Origin: Bdellovibrionales bacterium | Lineage (GTDB): Bacteria > Bdellovibrionota > Bdellovibrionia > Bdellovibrionales > UBA1609 | Direction of reading: 5' to 3' | Assembly: GCA_965219095.1 (NCBI GenBank) | Contig: OZ244719.1 | Span: forward strand, 64,001-128,000 | Length of the DNA stretch: 64,000 nucleotides | In this document: piece after piece, positions 31,489 to 41,652 of the stretch | Layout: each line of letters begins with the position of its first letter | How positions within the stretch are numbered: the first letter of the stretch is position 1 | Position numbers and translations under genes: made by a program | Notes under the pieces: generated by a model | Databases searched by the model: none | Told to the model about the DNA's origin: nothing | Seen by the model: only the letters and a program-made list of their open reading frames with translations

Positions 31489-32079
31489 ATGAACAATTCA
31501 CTAAAGATTCGACATAAAATTTTTCAAAAGAAAATGATGGGCTATGACCCTGAGGAAGTTAATCAATTTCTAAAACAAATCTCTCAGGATATGGAGCAGA
31601 TGGTACGAGAAAGAAATTCTCTAGCGAAAACTCTTAAAGAAAAAGAACATCTAGTTCAAGATTTTTCAAAAAAGGATGAAATTCTACAGAAGGCTATCAC
31701 AAACGCTACGGAAATGGCAGAAAGGATTAAACAAGAAGCTTACAAAAAGGCTCAAGAAACCATGGAAAGTGCAAGAAAAAAATCCAAAATGATCTTAGAA
31801 GAAAGCGAAAAAGAATTTCAAAGATACCAAAAAGAGTTTCTACACCTTAAAAAAGTCAAAATAAATTTTGAAAAAAACTTTAGACGCTTACTTTATAATT
31901 ATATGAAAACTCTTGATGAAAAACCACAAACCTTCACAACTCCTAGACAAGTCTCCTCTCCTGAAACAACCAGTATAACTAAAAAAACTGAAGTCTCTCA
32001 CAGAACAGATGAATCAAGGAAAAAACTCACTCAAGTTTTAGAAAGCCTTCTAAAAGATGTAAAACTCTTTAAATCTTGA
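31489..32079 (+). CDS. divIVA: DivIVA-domain coiled-coil protein (strand mislabelled in the supplied track)
   Basis: The + strand reads ATG AAC AAT TCA at 31489 to TGA at 32077-32079; RBS AAGGAG; FQKKMMGYDPEEVNQFL. Confidence 0.88.
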   Translation: MNNSLKIRHKIFQKKMMGYDPEEVNQFLKQISQDMEQMVRERNSLAKTLKEKEHLVQDFSKKDEILQKAITNATEMAERIKQEAYKKAQETMESARKKSKMILEESEKEFQRYQKEFLHLKKVKINFEKNFRRLLYNYMKTLDEKPQTFTTPRQVSSPETTSITKKTEVSHRTDESRKKLTQVLESLLKDVKLFKS

Positions 32080-32195
32080 AAATTATATAATTAACCATAG
32101 TTTAAACTTTAATAAAGTTGGTCTTTATAAAAAAGGCAAACTCTTTATAAGAAGCAATGCTCAATCATTTTAATGAATGAGCAGTTCTGTAAGTT

Positions 32196-32228
32196 AAAAA
32201 AACGGAAAACTTAAACGGAAGCACTGTA
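32196..32228. mobile_element. Solo IS630-B left end
   Basis: AAAAAAACGGAAAACTTAAACGGAAGCACTGTA resembles 60441-60473. Confidence 0.75.
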
Positions 32229-32237
32229 TGTATTTCT

Positions 32238-33757
32238 GGCTCCTCCCGGGAATCTGTGGGTGAAAAGTAGTAGAAATCCCCCAAAAGAGCTCATATTAAT
32301 CAAAGTAAGAGTAAGACATTCTATCTTGTATTTTTGAGTTCTTTGAGGCCCTTACTGGCCTCTATCACCTCCGGTGATTGAACTCAAAAACATTCATTTT
32401 ATTTGCTTTTATTTGCTGTGTTACATTAAAATTTTAAAAAAGAAGCACCTACTTCCCAGATGCCTTAAAATGTTATTCAAAAAAAAAAAAAAGGAGGGAA
32501 GAGATGCTTTTGAAGACTATACTAAATGATTGTTTAAGATGGAAGTCTTTTGTATACGGAGACATTTATTTTTCAAAAGATAGAAAGTCAATTAATGTTC
32601 CTATTAAGGCTCGTAAAAATGGCCAAGCTTTTTGTAGTGTTTGTAAGAAGCCCTGTTCAGTGTATGACAGCAGTAAATCATCACGGGACTTTGAATCCCT
32701 TCCTATTTTAAGTTACAGGGTGTTTTTTGTTTATTTTGTAAGAAGAGTTAATTGTTCTTGCTGTGGAGTAAAAGTTGAGTATTTACCTTGGGCAGATGGG
32801 AAGAAAAACCTAACAATTTTTTACATGAAGTACTTAGCTGACTGGTGTCGTCACCTGTCTTGGAAAGAGGTTTCTTGTAAGTTTCATGTCAGTTGGAATC
32901 AGGTCTATGCTTCGGTAGAATGGGTCGTAGAATATGGTTTAAAACAAAGGGTTTTAAAGGGAATACAAGCTATAGGTGTAGATGAAATACAATGGAAAAA
33001 GAACCATCAGTATCTCACCTTAGTCTATGAAATAAGCAAAGAAAGTGTTCGTTTGCTATGGATAGGAGAAAAAAGAACAGAAAAGAGTTTTAGAAAATTC
33101 TTTGATTTACTAGGAGAGAAGTCAAAAGATATACAGTTTGTGTGTTCTGATATGTGGAAGCCTTATTTAAAAGTCATAAAGGAGAGGGCAAGTGGAGCTT
33201 TACACATATTAGATCGGTTTCATATCGTAGCAAGACTCAATAAGGCTTTAGACGAAGTGAGAGCTTCAGAACACAAAAAAATGAAAGAAGACGGGTATGA
33301 ACCCCTTTTAACAAAAGCTAGATGGCCCTTGTTAAAAAATGCAGAAAATTTAAAATCTTATGAAAAAGTAAAATTAAGGCATTTAATACAGTACAATTTA
33401 AAAAGTATCCGCTGTTATTTTTTAAAAGAAGACTTCCGACAGTTATGGACCTATGTTTCACCAACTTGGGCTGGTAAATTTATAGACAGTTGGACGAAAC
33501 GAGTCATGCTTTCAAAAATTGAACCTATGAAAAGAGAAGCAAAAACCATACGAAGACATAAGCTACTTATTCTTAATTACTTCAAGGCTAAAAAAACCTT
33601 CTCCTCAGGGATTGTAGAGGGTTTAAACAACAAAGTAAAACTCACTATGAGAAAATCTTACGGCTTTAGAACCTCTAAAGCTATAAAAATCGCCTTATAT
33701 CATAACCTTGGAAAACTGCCAGAACCTCCGGGAACCCACAGATTCTTTTGAGGAGGC
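32238..33757 (+). mobile_element. ISL3-family element, intact, 8-bp TSD GTATTTCT
   Basis: IRs GGCTCCTCCCGGGAATCTGTGGG / CCCACAGATTCTTTTGAGGAGGC; TSD at 32230-32237 and 33758-33765. Confidence 0.95.
32504..33751 (+). CDS. ISL3 transposase
   Basis: Zn finger CxxC..CxxCG, IGVDE, SDMW, DRFH, EGLNNKVK...RKSYGFR. Confidence 0.95.
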   Translation: MLLKTILNDCLRWKSFVYGDIYFSKDRKSINVPIKARKNGQAFCSVCKKPCSVYDSSKSSRDFESLPILSYRVFFVYFVRRVNCSCCGVKVEYLPWADGKKNLTIFYMKYLADWCRHLSWKEVSCKFHVSWNQVYASVEWVVEYGLKQRVLKGIQAIGVDEIQWKKNHQYLTLVYEISKESVRLLWIGEKRTEKSFRKFFDLLGEKSKDIQFVCSDMWKPYLKVIKERASGALHILDRFHIVARLNKALDEVRASEHKKMKEDGYEPLLTKARWPLLKNAENLKSYEKVKLRHLIQYNLKSIRCYFLKEDFRQLWTYVSPTWAGKFIDSWTKRVMLSKIEPMKREAKTIRRHKLLILNYFKAKKTFSSGIVEGLNNKVKLTMRKSYGFRTSKAIKIALYHNLGKLPEPPGTHRFF

Positions 33758-33770
33758 GTATTTCTTAGCT

Positions 33771-34310
33771 TCACAAATGAGCTTTTGCTAAGTAAAGAGA
33801 GGATAACATAAGCCCATGAGAGTCCATTTTATCAAAAAGACAAAATAAACTTTCTATATCAACTAACTTTATAGAAATATCTTCAAAGGAATCTAATTTT
33901 TGTTTTCCTACTAGCTTGCAATTTTTAGCTAAAAATACATGAACTTTATTAGGTTGTAAAGCAGGATTGGGGTAATAAGATCCTATTTCTTTCATATCAT
34001 TAGTGCTGTAACCTGTTTCTTCCTCTAGTTCTCTTAAAGCCGATTGATAGCAATTTTCTTTCTGAATTTCAGCACTACCACCAGGAAGTTCTAAAAAACT
34101 ATTTCTTGCACCATGGCGGTATTGTTCAATAAGAATTACTTTGTTTTCAGAAGTAAGTGCTATAACATGAACCCAAGGATTTTTAAAATCTAAGATATAG
34201 TAGCCTGGCATTTTTTTCTTGTTAGGAAGTTCACAAACTTCCTTTTTAAAAGAAAACTGTTTAAGTTGTACAAGAATTTCAGATGATAAAATTCTCCACT
34301 TCATGTCCAT
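33771..34310 (-). CDS. NUDIX hydrolase (ADP-ribose pyrophosphatase-like)
   Basis: QYRH, ELPGG...ALRELEEETGY. Confidence 0.9.
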   Translation of the reverse strand: MDMKWRILSSEILVQLKQFSFKKEVCELPNKKKMPGYYILDFKNPWVHVIALTSENKVILIEQYRHGARNSFLELPGGSAEIQKENCYQSALRELEEETGYSTNDMKEIGSYYPNPALQPNKVHVFLAKNCKLVGKQKLDSFEDISIKLVDIESLFCLFDKMDSHGLMLSSLYLAKAHL

Positions 34311-34821
34311 AATTCTTTCTCTGACATTAAAGGAACAAATTTTCTTTTGACTTGGTTTAATTTTTCAATATCTTTTAGCCTTTTCTGAAGAAAGTTTACT
34401 TTATGTGATAGGAAGCCTTGAGAAAAAAACCTATCAATATTTAAGGTACTAACTTCTAAAAAACACATGAAACACGAAAAAGCGAAAAAAGCATATGAAA
34501 AAGTTCTATTCTCTTTAAAGAGAAATATCAGAGAAGTTTCGTAATTACAAAAGCCCAGACTTCTTTTGTTAGAACCCAAACCTAATTTTTTAGCTTTACA
34601 CACTTTAATGAAAATATCTATATCCTTTTTAAGATCCATTTATTAAGAATTTCTAAAAATTTTGTTTTAAAAGTTAATTTTTGAGATGTTAAAAATTGTC
34701 TTAAAACTGTAAGCTTTCCTCCTATGATTAAATCTTCTGACCAAAGCGTTTTACGAACATAAAAGGAAAGATCTTTTGGAGGTTTTATGGGAAGGGAAAC
34801 AATACAAAAGCTCATAGTCAC
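34301..34821 (-). pseudogene. Degenerate RsmI-like tetrapyrrole-methylase-fold gene in two frames
   Basis: IVSLPIKPPKDLS resembles RsmI V.TPIGN..D.T; LGFCN resembles PGFCD; FFSQGFL resembles F.F.GFL; key motifs eroded. Confidence 0.5.
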
Positions 34822-35339
34822 CTTTCCTTAGAGGAGTTTAAAGGGATGGGCTTAGCTCCAATGATAGTGCTATGGGGTTTTATACTTTTAACCACAACAG
34901 TATTAGCACCAATTCTTGAGTCATGCCCTATTGTAATGGGACCTAAAATTTTGCAACCCGCTCCCAACAAACAACGATCCTCAATAGTGGGATGCCTTTT
35001 TACAGGTTTTTTATGCCTCCCTCCTAAGGTTGTACCATGAAAAATCAAACAATCATCACCGATTTGAGTTGTTTCTCCAATAACAACACCCATTCCATGA
35101 TCGATGACAAGTCGTTTTCCTATCTGTGCTCCCGGATGGATTTCAATTCCTGTAAGAAAACGCCCTGCTTCACTAATCCATCGTGCTAAGAAAAAAAAAT
35201 TCATTCTCCAAAAAACATGGCTCATTCTGTAGAAAAAAATAGCCTTAGGGCCAGGATAGAGAATGAGGATTTCTAGTAAGGAATGAACTGAAGGATCATG
35301 GGTTCTATAAGCCTTTAGAAATTCAATAAGAGATTTCAT
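34818..35339 (-). CDS. cysE: Serine O-acetyltransferase (short CysE/EpsC type)
   Basis: TGIEIHPGAQIG, IDHGMGVVIGET, KRHPTI. Confidence 0.9.
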   Translation of the reverse strand: MKSLIEFLKAYRTHDPSVHSLLEILILYPGPKAIFFYRMSHVFWRMNFFFLARWISEAGRFLTGIEIHPGAQIGKRLVIDHGMGVVIGETTQIGDDCLIFHGTTLGGRHKKPVKRHPTIEDRCLLGAGCKILGPITIGHDSRIGANTVVVKSIKPHSTIIGAKPIPLNSSKER

Positions 35340-37144
35340 TTGAGAGTTTCTTTCAAGCTAAGTAAAGGTATGTATTCGGGGTAAAAATTAAGACCCTTTT
35401 CCAAAAAAGCTTTAGCTTTGGCTTGATTTTTTAGCTTCCAGTAAGTGTAGGCTAATCCTGAGATGACAGGAGGTTCAAGAGAAGAAAGATCATAAAAAAG
35501 TTTTTCAAATTGTTTTAACGCACAATCATAGTCTTTATTTTCATAACAAAAATTACCTTGGAAAAGATGAGGGAGTTTGCTCTTATGCGTTCGGTTCTCA
35601 TCTGAGGCTCCTCCTAAAACCACGCTGGCATCTAAGTTAAGATTTTGTTTTTTAAGAACATAGGAATAGAGAGCTTTTCCAAGAGGGTTGTGAGGATGCT
35701 CAGCTACTAAATTTTCGAAAAGTTTTTTAGCATCTTGAAAATTTCCTACTTTGAAATGACAGAAAGCAAAGAAAGTGTCTTTTAAAAAGGCTTTACTTAT
35801 TTTTTTCGATAAAGCTTTACAGGAATTAAAATATGTTCTCCATGAATAAAACTTTTGAAACACATTGAGGTTAGGGCGGTAATGTTCAGTAATTTCAGGA
35901 TCTGTGTCGAGAATTTTTAAAATGACCTGAGGTAATCTTGAGTTTTGGTTAGTACTTTCATAAATGAGTGCTGAGAAGAATAAAGCTTCTTGGTAAAAAC
36001 GACCCGGAGTTTCTATAAGAGATTCGAAAAAGATAAGACTTTGATTGAAATAAGTGAGATCCTTAAATTCTTTAGCTAATAAGAAATAAGTCATTCCATT
36101 TAAAAATTCTAACAGACGGGATGGTTTGTTGATTTTTTCTGCTTTTTGAAAAAAACCAAAAATTTCATTATACTTTCTATTTTGTAAATAAATGATGCCT
36201 GAGTTCACATAGGAGGAAAAATCTTTTTTTTCACTAAGAGCCTCTTTAAAGTAAGGAAGAGCTTTATCTTTTTGTCCATCGTAAAGATAGGATAAACCTA
36301 GGCCATTGAGAGCAAGATTTTTTTTGCCTTCTTGCTGTTTAGAGATTTTTTCAAATAAAGTACGAGCTTTAGTTGTTTGGTCATTATAAGCAAGAAGTCC
36401 AGCGTAAATTAAAGAAAATTCATCAACTTTTTCAGTCCCTCTATAGGCCTCATTGAAATGTTGTAGAGAATTTTTAAGATCTCCTTTTTTCCAATAAGTT
36501 AGTGCAAGCTGTTTGTGATTTTTCATGTTAGCTTTTTTAGTTTTAGGCTTTTCAAAACCTTGATAATAAAGGACAAAAACAAGTGTACATGCTACTATAA
36601 CAGCACTTAGAGAAAAAAGCCAAGTCAAACTTTTTTTTATTTCTTTAACTGATTCATCAGATCCTTCAAAATCAAAGGTATTGCCTTCTAAAGTTTCTTC
36701 TTGATCGGAAGGAGGTGGGGCTTTGCGAACTTTTTCTGTCTGATCTTGTTTGATGTTGTCAAGAATGTCTTGAGTTTGAGTTGTTTCTTTTAATATTTCT
36801 TCATCGGAAACCATTTTAACTAGAGTTTCACTGGAACTAGTGTTTCCTTCTATGTTTTTAGGTGTCTTTGTAATTTTTGTTTCATCAATTTTCGATTTGA
36901 TTTGTATAGTTTTGGTAAAATCTTTGTCTCCTTCCCGTACTTCTTTTAAGGCAGAAAACAATTCAGTCCATGTATAAATGGGCTTCCAAAACTTCATAGG
37001 AAGATTAGCTTCATCAGAAATTCTAAGCTCTTCTGACTTTATCTTCTCAATCAACTCTTTAGTGGAAAAAGGACCTAAAATATGCCTGTTTTGTTTTATA
37101 AGCCATATACGATGAGTAGGGTTGATGTGATGTTCTTTAGACAC
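35336..37144 (-). CDS. Membrane-anchored TPR protein with N-terminal GYF-like domain
   Basis: WLIKQ..ILGPFS, single TM near aa 175-195, TPR helices. Confidence 0.75.
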   Translation of the reverse strand: MSKEHHINPTHRIWLIKQNRHILGPFSTKELIEKIKSEELRISDEANLPMKFWKPIYTWTELFSALKEVREGDKDFTKTIQIKSKIDETKITKTPKNIEGNTSSSETLVKMVSDEEILKETTQTQDILDNIKQDQTEKVRKAPPPSDQEETLEGNTFDFEGSDESVKEIKKSLTWLFSLSAVIVACTLVFVLYYQGFEKPKTKKANMKNHKQLALTYWKKGDLKNSLQHFNEAYRGTEKVDEFSLIYAGLLAYNDQTTKARTLFEKISKQQEGKKNLALNGLGLSYLYDGQKDKALPYFKEALSEKKDFSSYVNSGIIYLQNRKYNEIFGFFQKAEKINKPSRLLEFLNGMTYFLLAKEFKDLTYFNQSLIFFESLIETPGRFYQEALFFSALIYESTNQNSRLPQVILKILDTDPEITEHYRPNLNVFQKFYSWRTYFNSCKALSKKISKAFLKDTFFAFCHFKVGNFQDAKKLFENLVAEHPHNPLGKALYSYVLKKQNLNLDASVVLGGASDENRTHKSKLPHLFQGNFCYENKDYDCALKQFEKLFYDLSSLEPPVISGLAYTYWKLKNQAKAKAFLEKGLNFYPEYIPLLSLKETLK

Positions 37145-37156
37145 AAAATCTCCGTA

Positions 37157-38707
37157 TTAATGAAGGAAATACCTTTTTTTAGTTAAAATCATATTCATTT
37201 TTTTAGCTCTAATAAAGCTCTTTACTTTAGAGTCTTTTAAAGATCCACCTGGTTGAATAATGTACATTATATTTTCTTTTAAAGCGAGTTCTAAAGAATC
37301 AGTAAAAGGGAAAAATCCATCACTAGCTAGAACAACAGGAGTTTTGAGATTAGGATGGAGTGAGTTTTTTCTCAAGATAGCTTGGCGGACCGAATCAACA
37401 CGATTGACTTGTCCCATACCCAGACCTACAGTTTGTCCTTGAGAAACAAGACTTATGGCATTGCTCTTTAAATGAGCACAGACTTTTAATGCCAAAAGAA
37501 GATCATTTTTTAGGGATTTTGTCAACAGGGAGGGGATTTTTTCCCACTCACCTATGAGTTCAAATGTTGTATCATCCCAATCAATAGACTTGATAGAACT
37601 TTGTAACAAAGCTCCTCCTTCAATAGAACGAAATTCCATCTCCTTAACTGGTTTTTCCATTAAACCCTTCCATTCTAAAACTCGAAGATTTTTCTTTTGA
37701 GCTAAAAAAACCTTCGCCTCATCAAAGATATGAGGTGCTATAATACATTCTAAGAATAAAGAATTCAGTTGTCGAGCTATAGGAACAGAAATTTCTCCAT
37801 TCAAAGCAACAACCCCACCAAAGGCACTTACAGGATCGGCTTGAAAAGCTTTTTGGCTAGCTTTTTCAAGAGTATCTCCTATAGCTATTCCACAAGGATT
37901 GAGGTGTTTTACAACCACGCAACCATGGCTATAAAGAAATTCCCTTAAAGTTAAGATAGCGGCATTCAGATCAAGCAAGTTGTTATAACTAAGCGGCTTT
38001 CCTTGAAGAAGTTCTGCTTTGTGGAGACCTTGTGAGATATTTTGTTTTTTAAGCCATAAAGCTTTTTGTCCAGGATTTTCTCCATAGCGAAGTTCTCTAA
38101 TCTCTTCAAAATGTAAGTTCACTTCAGAGTTCTTCTCACTTTTTAAATAGTTGGAAATAGCTTTGTCATAATGAGATAGTTTTTGAAAAACTTTTACTGA
38201 AAGTTTTTTACGTTCTTTCAGATTAGGTTTTCTTTTAATTCTTTTATAATCTCTATAATCACAAACAACTGTAATACGTTCGTAGTTTTTAGCAGCAGCT
38301 CTTAAAAGAGTCGCTCCCCCTATATCAATATTTTCAATAAGCTGACTTTCGTGTTTAGTTTTTTTTAAAGTTTCCTCAAAGGGATAAAGATTGACAACTA
38401 CAAGATCAAATTTCTTCAGATTTTTTTGCTTTAAAAAAGCTTCATCCTCTTCGTATCCCTCTCTGGAAAGCAAGCCAGCATGAATATGGGGATGAAGTGT
38501 TTTCAATCTTCCTCCTAAAACCTCTGGAAAATCTGTGATCTCTTCAACTTGAGTAACCTTGAAGCCTTTGGATTTTAAAAATTGAAAGCTTCCTTGTGTG
38601 GCTATAATTTCCATGCCTTTGTCATAAAAAGGTTTTAAAAACACATCTAGATGGTCTTTTAAAGAAACGCTAACTAAAGCTCTCTTGAATGTATTTACTT
38701 CGTTCAT
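37157..38707 (-). CDS. purH: Bifunctional AICAR transformylase/IMP cyclohydrolase
   Basis: RALVSVS, GRLKTLHP, IDIGG, LRYGENP, ASDGFFPF. Confidence 0.96.
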   Translation of the reverse strand: MNEVNTFKRALVSVSLKDHLDVFLKPFYDKGMEIIATQGSFQFLKSKGFKVTQVEEITDFPEVLGGRLKTLHPHIHAGLLSREGYEEDEAFLKQKNLKKFDLVVVNLYPFEETLKKTKHESQLIENIDIGGATLLRAAAKNYERITVVCDYRDYKRIKRKPNLKERKKLSVKVFQKLSHYDKAISNYLKSEKNSEVNLHFEEIRELRYGENPGQKALWLKKQNISQGLHKAELLQGKPLSYNNLLDLNAAILTLREFLYSHGCVVVKHLNPCGIAIGDTLEKASQKAFQADPVSAFGGVVALNGEISVPIARQLNSLFLECIIAPHIFDEAKVFLAQKKNLRVLEWKGLMEKPVKEMEFRSIEGGALLQSSIKSIDWDDTTFELIGEWEKIPSLLTKSLKNDLLLALKVCAHLKSNAISLVSQGQTVGLGMGQVNRVDSVRQAILRKNSLHPNLKTPVVLASDGFFPFTDSLELALKENIMYIIQPGGSLKDSKVKSFIRAKKMNMILTKKRYFLH

Positions 38708-40069
38708 CTAAAAAGAAACCTTTGAACTAAAAAATTTCCAGTCTTCGTTTTGCAAAATGATGCCGAAGCCTATGAAAGGACTATTTGACTTTCTTTCAAA
38801 AAACTCCATTCCACCCATCACATAAATGCCTTTGAAAGGGGAGTATTTGAGAAAGGATTTGACATTCAAGTTAGGGATACCGAAAGCTTCTATGGCAAAG
38901 AGAGCCTTGTTGTTAAAAAGATGAAGATCCATGGCCATTCCTGTTTGATTTTCAATCATTCCTCCTTTAAGAGAGAGGTTGTAAAAGTTTTTTGCAAGTA
39001 GAACGCTAAATTTTAATTTATCTTCTATGACAGTTTCTACCTCTCTTGAGATTTCACCGTTTTCATCTCTTCTAAGGGTTTGTTTTGTTTCTGCTGAACC
39101 TCTTGAGTCTTTGATAAGGTGAATTTCATACTGTCTATCCAAACCAGGTTGAAGTGTGATTCCTGCATAGGATTTAAAAGCACTTTCATTTGATAAATAC
39201 TCCGTATGAAAATCTAAATGAACATAGAACTGACTCCCGCCCCCTAAAAAAGTATTCACTTGATCAAGAGTTGTGTTGATTTTATCAGCTGTTTCTCCTT
39301 CGTTGACCAAACGAGATATAGTGCCATCTCCCTCGTTAATTTTTTCCGTAAACTCCTCTAAATTTTTTAAAGAATTGTCAATGTTCTCTAAACTGCTTGT
39401 TGCAGAATCCAATCCTGTCTGAAATTTAGCCACATTCTTGTTATTTAAAAAGCTACGTAAAGACTCTGTAACAATTTGTAAATTATCAATCACAGAATCA
39501 ATTTTTTCAGAATTCTTATCCACCACTTTATTAAGATTTTCAGACAACTCTTCTAAATTTAAAAGAAATCGTCCCAATACGGTCGCATTATCATGCTCTA
39601 CAGCCCTAATTAAAGTGTCTGCAAGTTTAGAAAAACCAGACAAACTTTTACTAAGTTCTTGAAGAGCTCCTTCCATGGAAAGACTTTGATAACTACGAAC
39701 TTTAATCTGAGAGTTTTCAGGAAGAGGGGGGGAGTTTACCACCAAAACAACCTCTACATGACGATCTCCTAAGATACCATTGGATTTGACTTCAACAAAG
39801 CTGTCCTTTGAGACCTTCACATAAGAGTCAAGACTGAATGTCACTTTAGCTTGATTTTTCTCTAAAGAGATATCTGTTATCTTACCAACAGGAATGCCTG
39901 CTGTTCTTACTAGACCTTCAGGCACTAATCCACTCGCATCTTCAATGAGAAACCAATAACTGTGAGAGCCTTTAAAAGAAATACGTTGAGAAACTTTTAA
40001 AGACAAGATCCCCGCCATCATGGCTCCTGTTAAAAATAAAATGCCTACTTTCCATTCTAAACTATTCAA
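38708..40069 (-). CDS. MCE/MlaD-family protein
   Basis: EWKVG, ASGL...VRTAGIPVGKI, GILGDRHVE; coiled coil and beta-rich C-terminus. Confidence 0.88.
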   Translation of the reverse strand: MNSLEWKVGILFLTGAMMAGILSLKVSQRISFKGSHSYWFLIEDASGLVPEGLVRTAGIPVGKITDISLEKNQAKVTFSLDSYVKVSKDSFVEVKSNGILGDRHVEVVLVVNSPPLPENSQIKVRSYQSLSMEGALQELSKSLSGFSKLADTLIRAVEHDNATVLGRFLLNLEELSENLNKVVDKNSEKIDSVIDNLQIVTESLRSFLNNKNVAKFQTGLDSATSSLENIDNSLKNLEEFTEKINEGDGTISRLVNEGETADKINTTLDQVNTFLGGGSQFYVHLDFHTEYLSNESAFKSYAGITLQPGLDRQYEIHLIKDSRGSAETKQTLRRDENGEISREVETVIEDKLKFSVLLAKNFYNLSLKGGMIENQTGMAMDLHLFNNKALFAIEAFGIPNLNVKSFLKYSPFKGIYVMGGMEFFERKSNSPFIGFGIILQNEDWKFFSSKVSF

Positions 40070-40814
40070 TCTTCAACCCCTTTTCTAAAAACTTCCTTAC
40101 TAAAGATAAATCGGTCTTGTAAAATTCTTCTGGTGTCCCAGAAAGCAAAACCCTACCTTCATTGAGCATAGTTATATTATCACTAAAACGAAAGGCTGAG
40201 TATAGGTCATGGGAGACAATGATGGTTGTGCAATGGGTGTCTTTGTGGGTTTTGAGAATCAATTCATCGACAATCTCCGTCAAAACAGGATCTAAACCCG
40301 TTGTAGGCTCGTCATAGATAAGAATTTTAGGGTTTAAAGCTAAAGCGCGAGCTAAAGCCACTCGTTTTTTCATACCGCCACTGAGACTTGCGGGAAGTTT
40401 ATTATAGTGCTCTGCACTAATTCCTACTTGGCCCAGCTTATGCTGAGCTTGCTTAACAATTTCTTTTTGACTTAAAGATAAACGATGTTCCTTAAGAGGA
40501 AAGCAGACATTTTCAAGAGTACTCATACTGTCAAAAAGAGCTGAATTTTGAAAAAGCATGCCAAAAAAATGTCTTATGGCAATCATTTTTTCTTTTGAAA
40601 CATCTTGAAGCTTTTCTCCTAATACTTCAATGGATCCTGAAGTAGGAACAAGAAGACCTAAAATATGCTTTATAAGAACACTTTTTCCCGTCCCGCTAAA
40701 ACCAATGATAGATGTGATCTTATTCTCTTCAATGTCTAAGTTTACATCCTTTAAAACATAAGTTTTGTTATCAAAAGTTTTCTTAAGGTTTTTTATGGAA
40801 ATGATAGGCTTCAT
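40062..40814 (-). CDS. mlaF: MlaF-like ABC ATPase
   Basis: GFSGTGKS, LSGGMKKRVALARA, YDEPTTGLDP. Confidence 0.88.
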   Translation of the reverse strand: MKPIISIKNLKKTFDNKTYVLKDVNLDIEENKITSIIGFSGTGKSVLIKHILGLLVPTSGSIEVLGEKLQDVSKEKMIAIRHFFGMLFQNSALFDSMSTLENVCFPLKEHRLSLSQKEIVKQAQHKLGQVGISAEHYNKLPASLSGGMKKRVALARALALNPKILIYDEPTTGLDPVLTEIVDELILKTHKDTHCTTIIVSHDLYSAFRFSDNITMLNEGRVLLSGTPEEFYKTDLSLVRKFLEKGLKIE

Positions 40815-40831
40815 ACAAACATTGAGTTCCT

Positions 40832-41638
40832 TTAATAATTTAGAAGTTGTGTGATAAAGCGAAAAATATTAGAAATAAAAAAGTTTAGAATAATGATCAC
40901 AACCATGCTATAGACAACTCCCTTGTTAGTGGCCTCCCCTACAGCTTTTGCACCTCCTACAGCATCCAAGCCTCTTTTGCAGCAAATAAGACAAAAGGTT
41001 AAACCAAAAAGGCTTGCTTTGATAAGACCTTCTATAATATCTTTTTTTTGGACCCAGTCTTGAATTCTAATCCAAAAAATGGCTTCATCTAAGCCTAAAA
41101 GAGTTGTACTCAAAATTTGAGCTGCAAAGATAGCTAGTACATCAAAAAGAGCACAAAGAATGGGAAGTGATAAAAAAGAAGCTACAAGACGAGGCATAAC
41201 AAGATACTGTTTGGGATTGACACTCATAACCTCTAGAGCATCAATTTGTTCAGAAACTTTCATAGCGCCTAATTGTGCTGCCATAGAACCTCCCGCACGT
41301 GAAGAAACCACAAGTCCTGTGAGTACAGGAGCAAGTTCTTTAAAAATACCTAAGGCCACAGTAGGCCCTACCAGACTGGAAGCATTCACAAGTGAAAAAC
41401 CTATGTAAATTTGGTAAGCTAAGGCCATCCCCGTAAAACAGGAAACAAGAGAAATGATTCCGAAAGATTGGTTTCCAATAAATTCTAATTGATAAAGAAT
41501 TTCCTTAAAACGAGAGGGCTTTGCAAAAATGGTTTTAACACTATCAACAAAGAAAAGACAAAGTCCTCCTGATTCTTGAATGAGACTTTGTATTTTTCGA
41601 CCTATCTCCTCAGGTACATACACAAGGACTTTCTGCAT
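40832..41638 (-). CDS. mlaE: MlaE-like ABC permease
   Basis: ELAPVLTG..VSSRAG...LGAMKVSEQIDALEVM. Confidence 0.9.
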   Translation of the reverse strand: MQKVLVYVPEEIGRKIQSLIQESGGLCLFFVDSVKTIFAKPSRFKEILYQLEFIGNQSFGIISLVSCFTGMALAYQIYIGFSLVNASSLVGPTVALGIFKELAPVLTGLVVSSRAGGSMAAQLGAMKVSEQIDALEVMSVNPKQYLVMPRLVASFLSLPILCALFDVLAIFAAQILSTTLLGLDEAIFWIRIQDWVQKKDIIEGLIKASLFGLTFCLICCKRGLDAVGGAKAVGEATNKGVVYSMVVIIILNFFISNIFRFITQLLNY

Positions 41639-41652
41639 AGAGCTTTAGGCTA

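Noticed and set aside
32331..32390. Branched fold as a tRNA
   Set aside because: Only two internal arms, no T-loop GTTC in the right place, no 7-nt anticodon loop, no CCA
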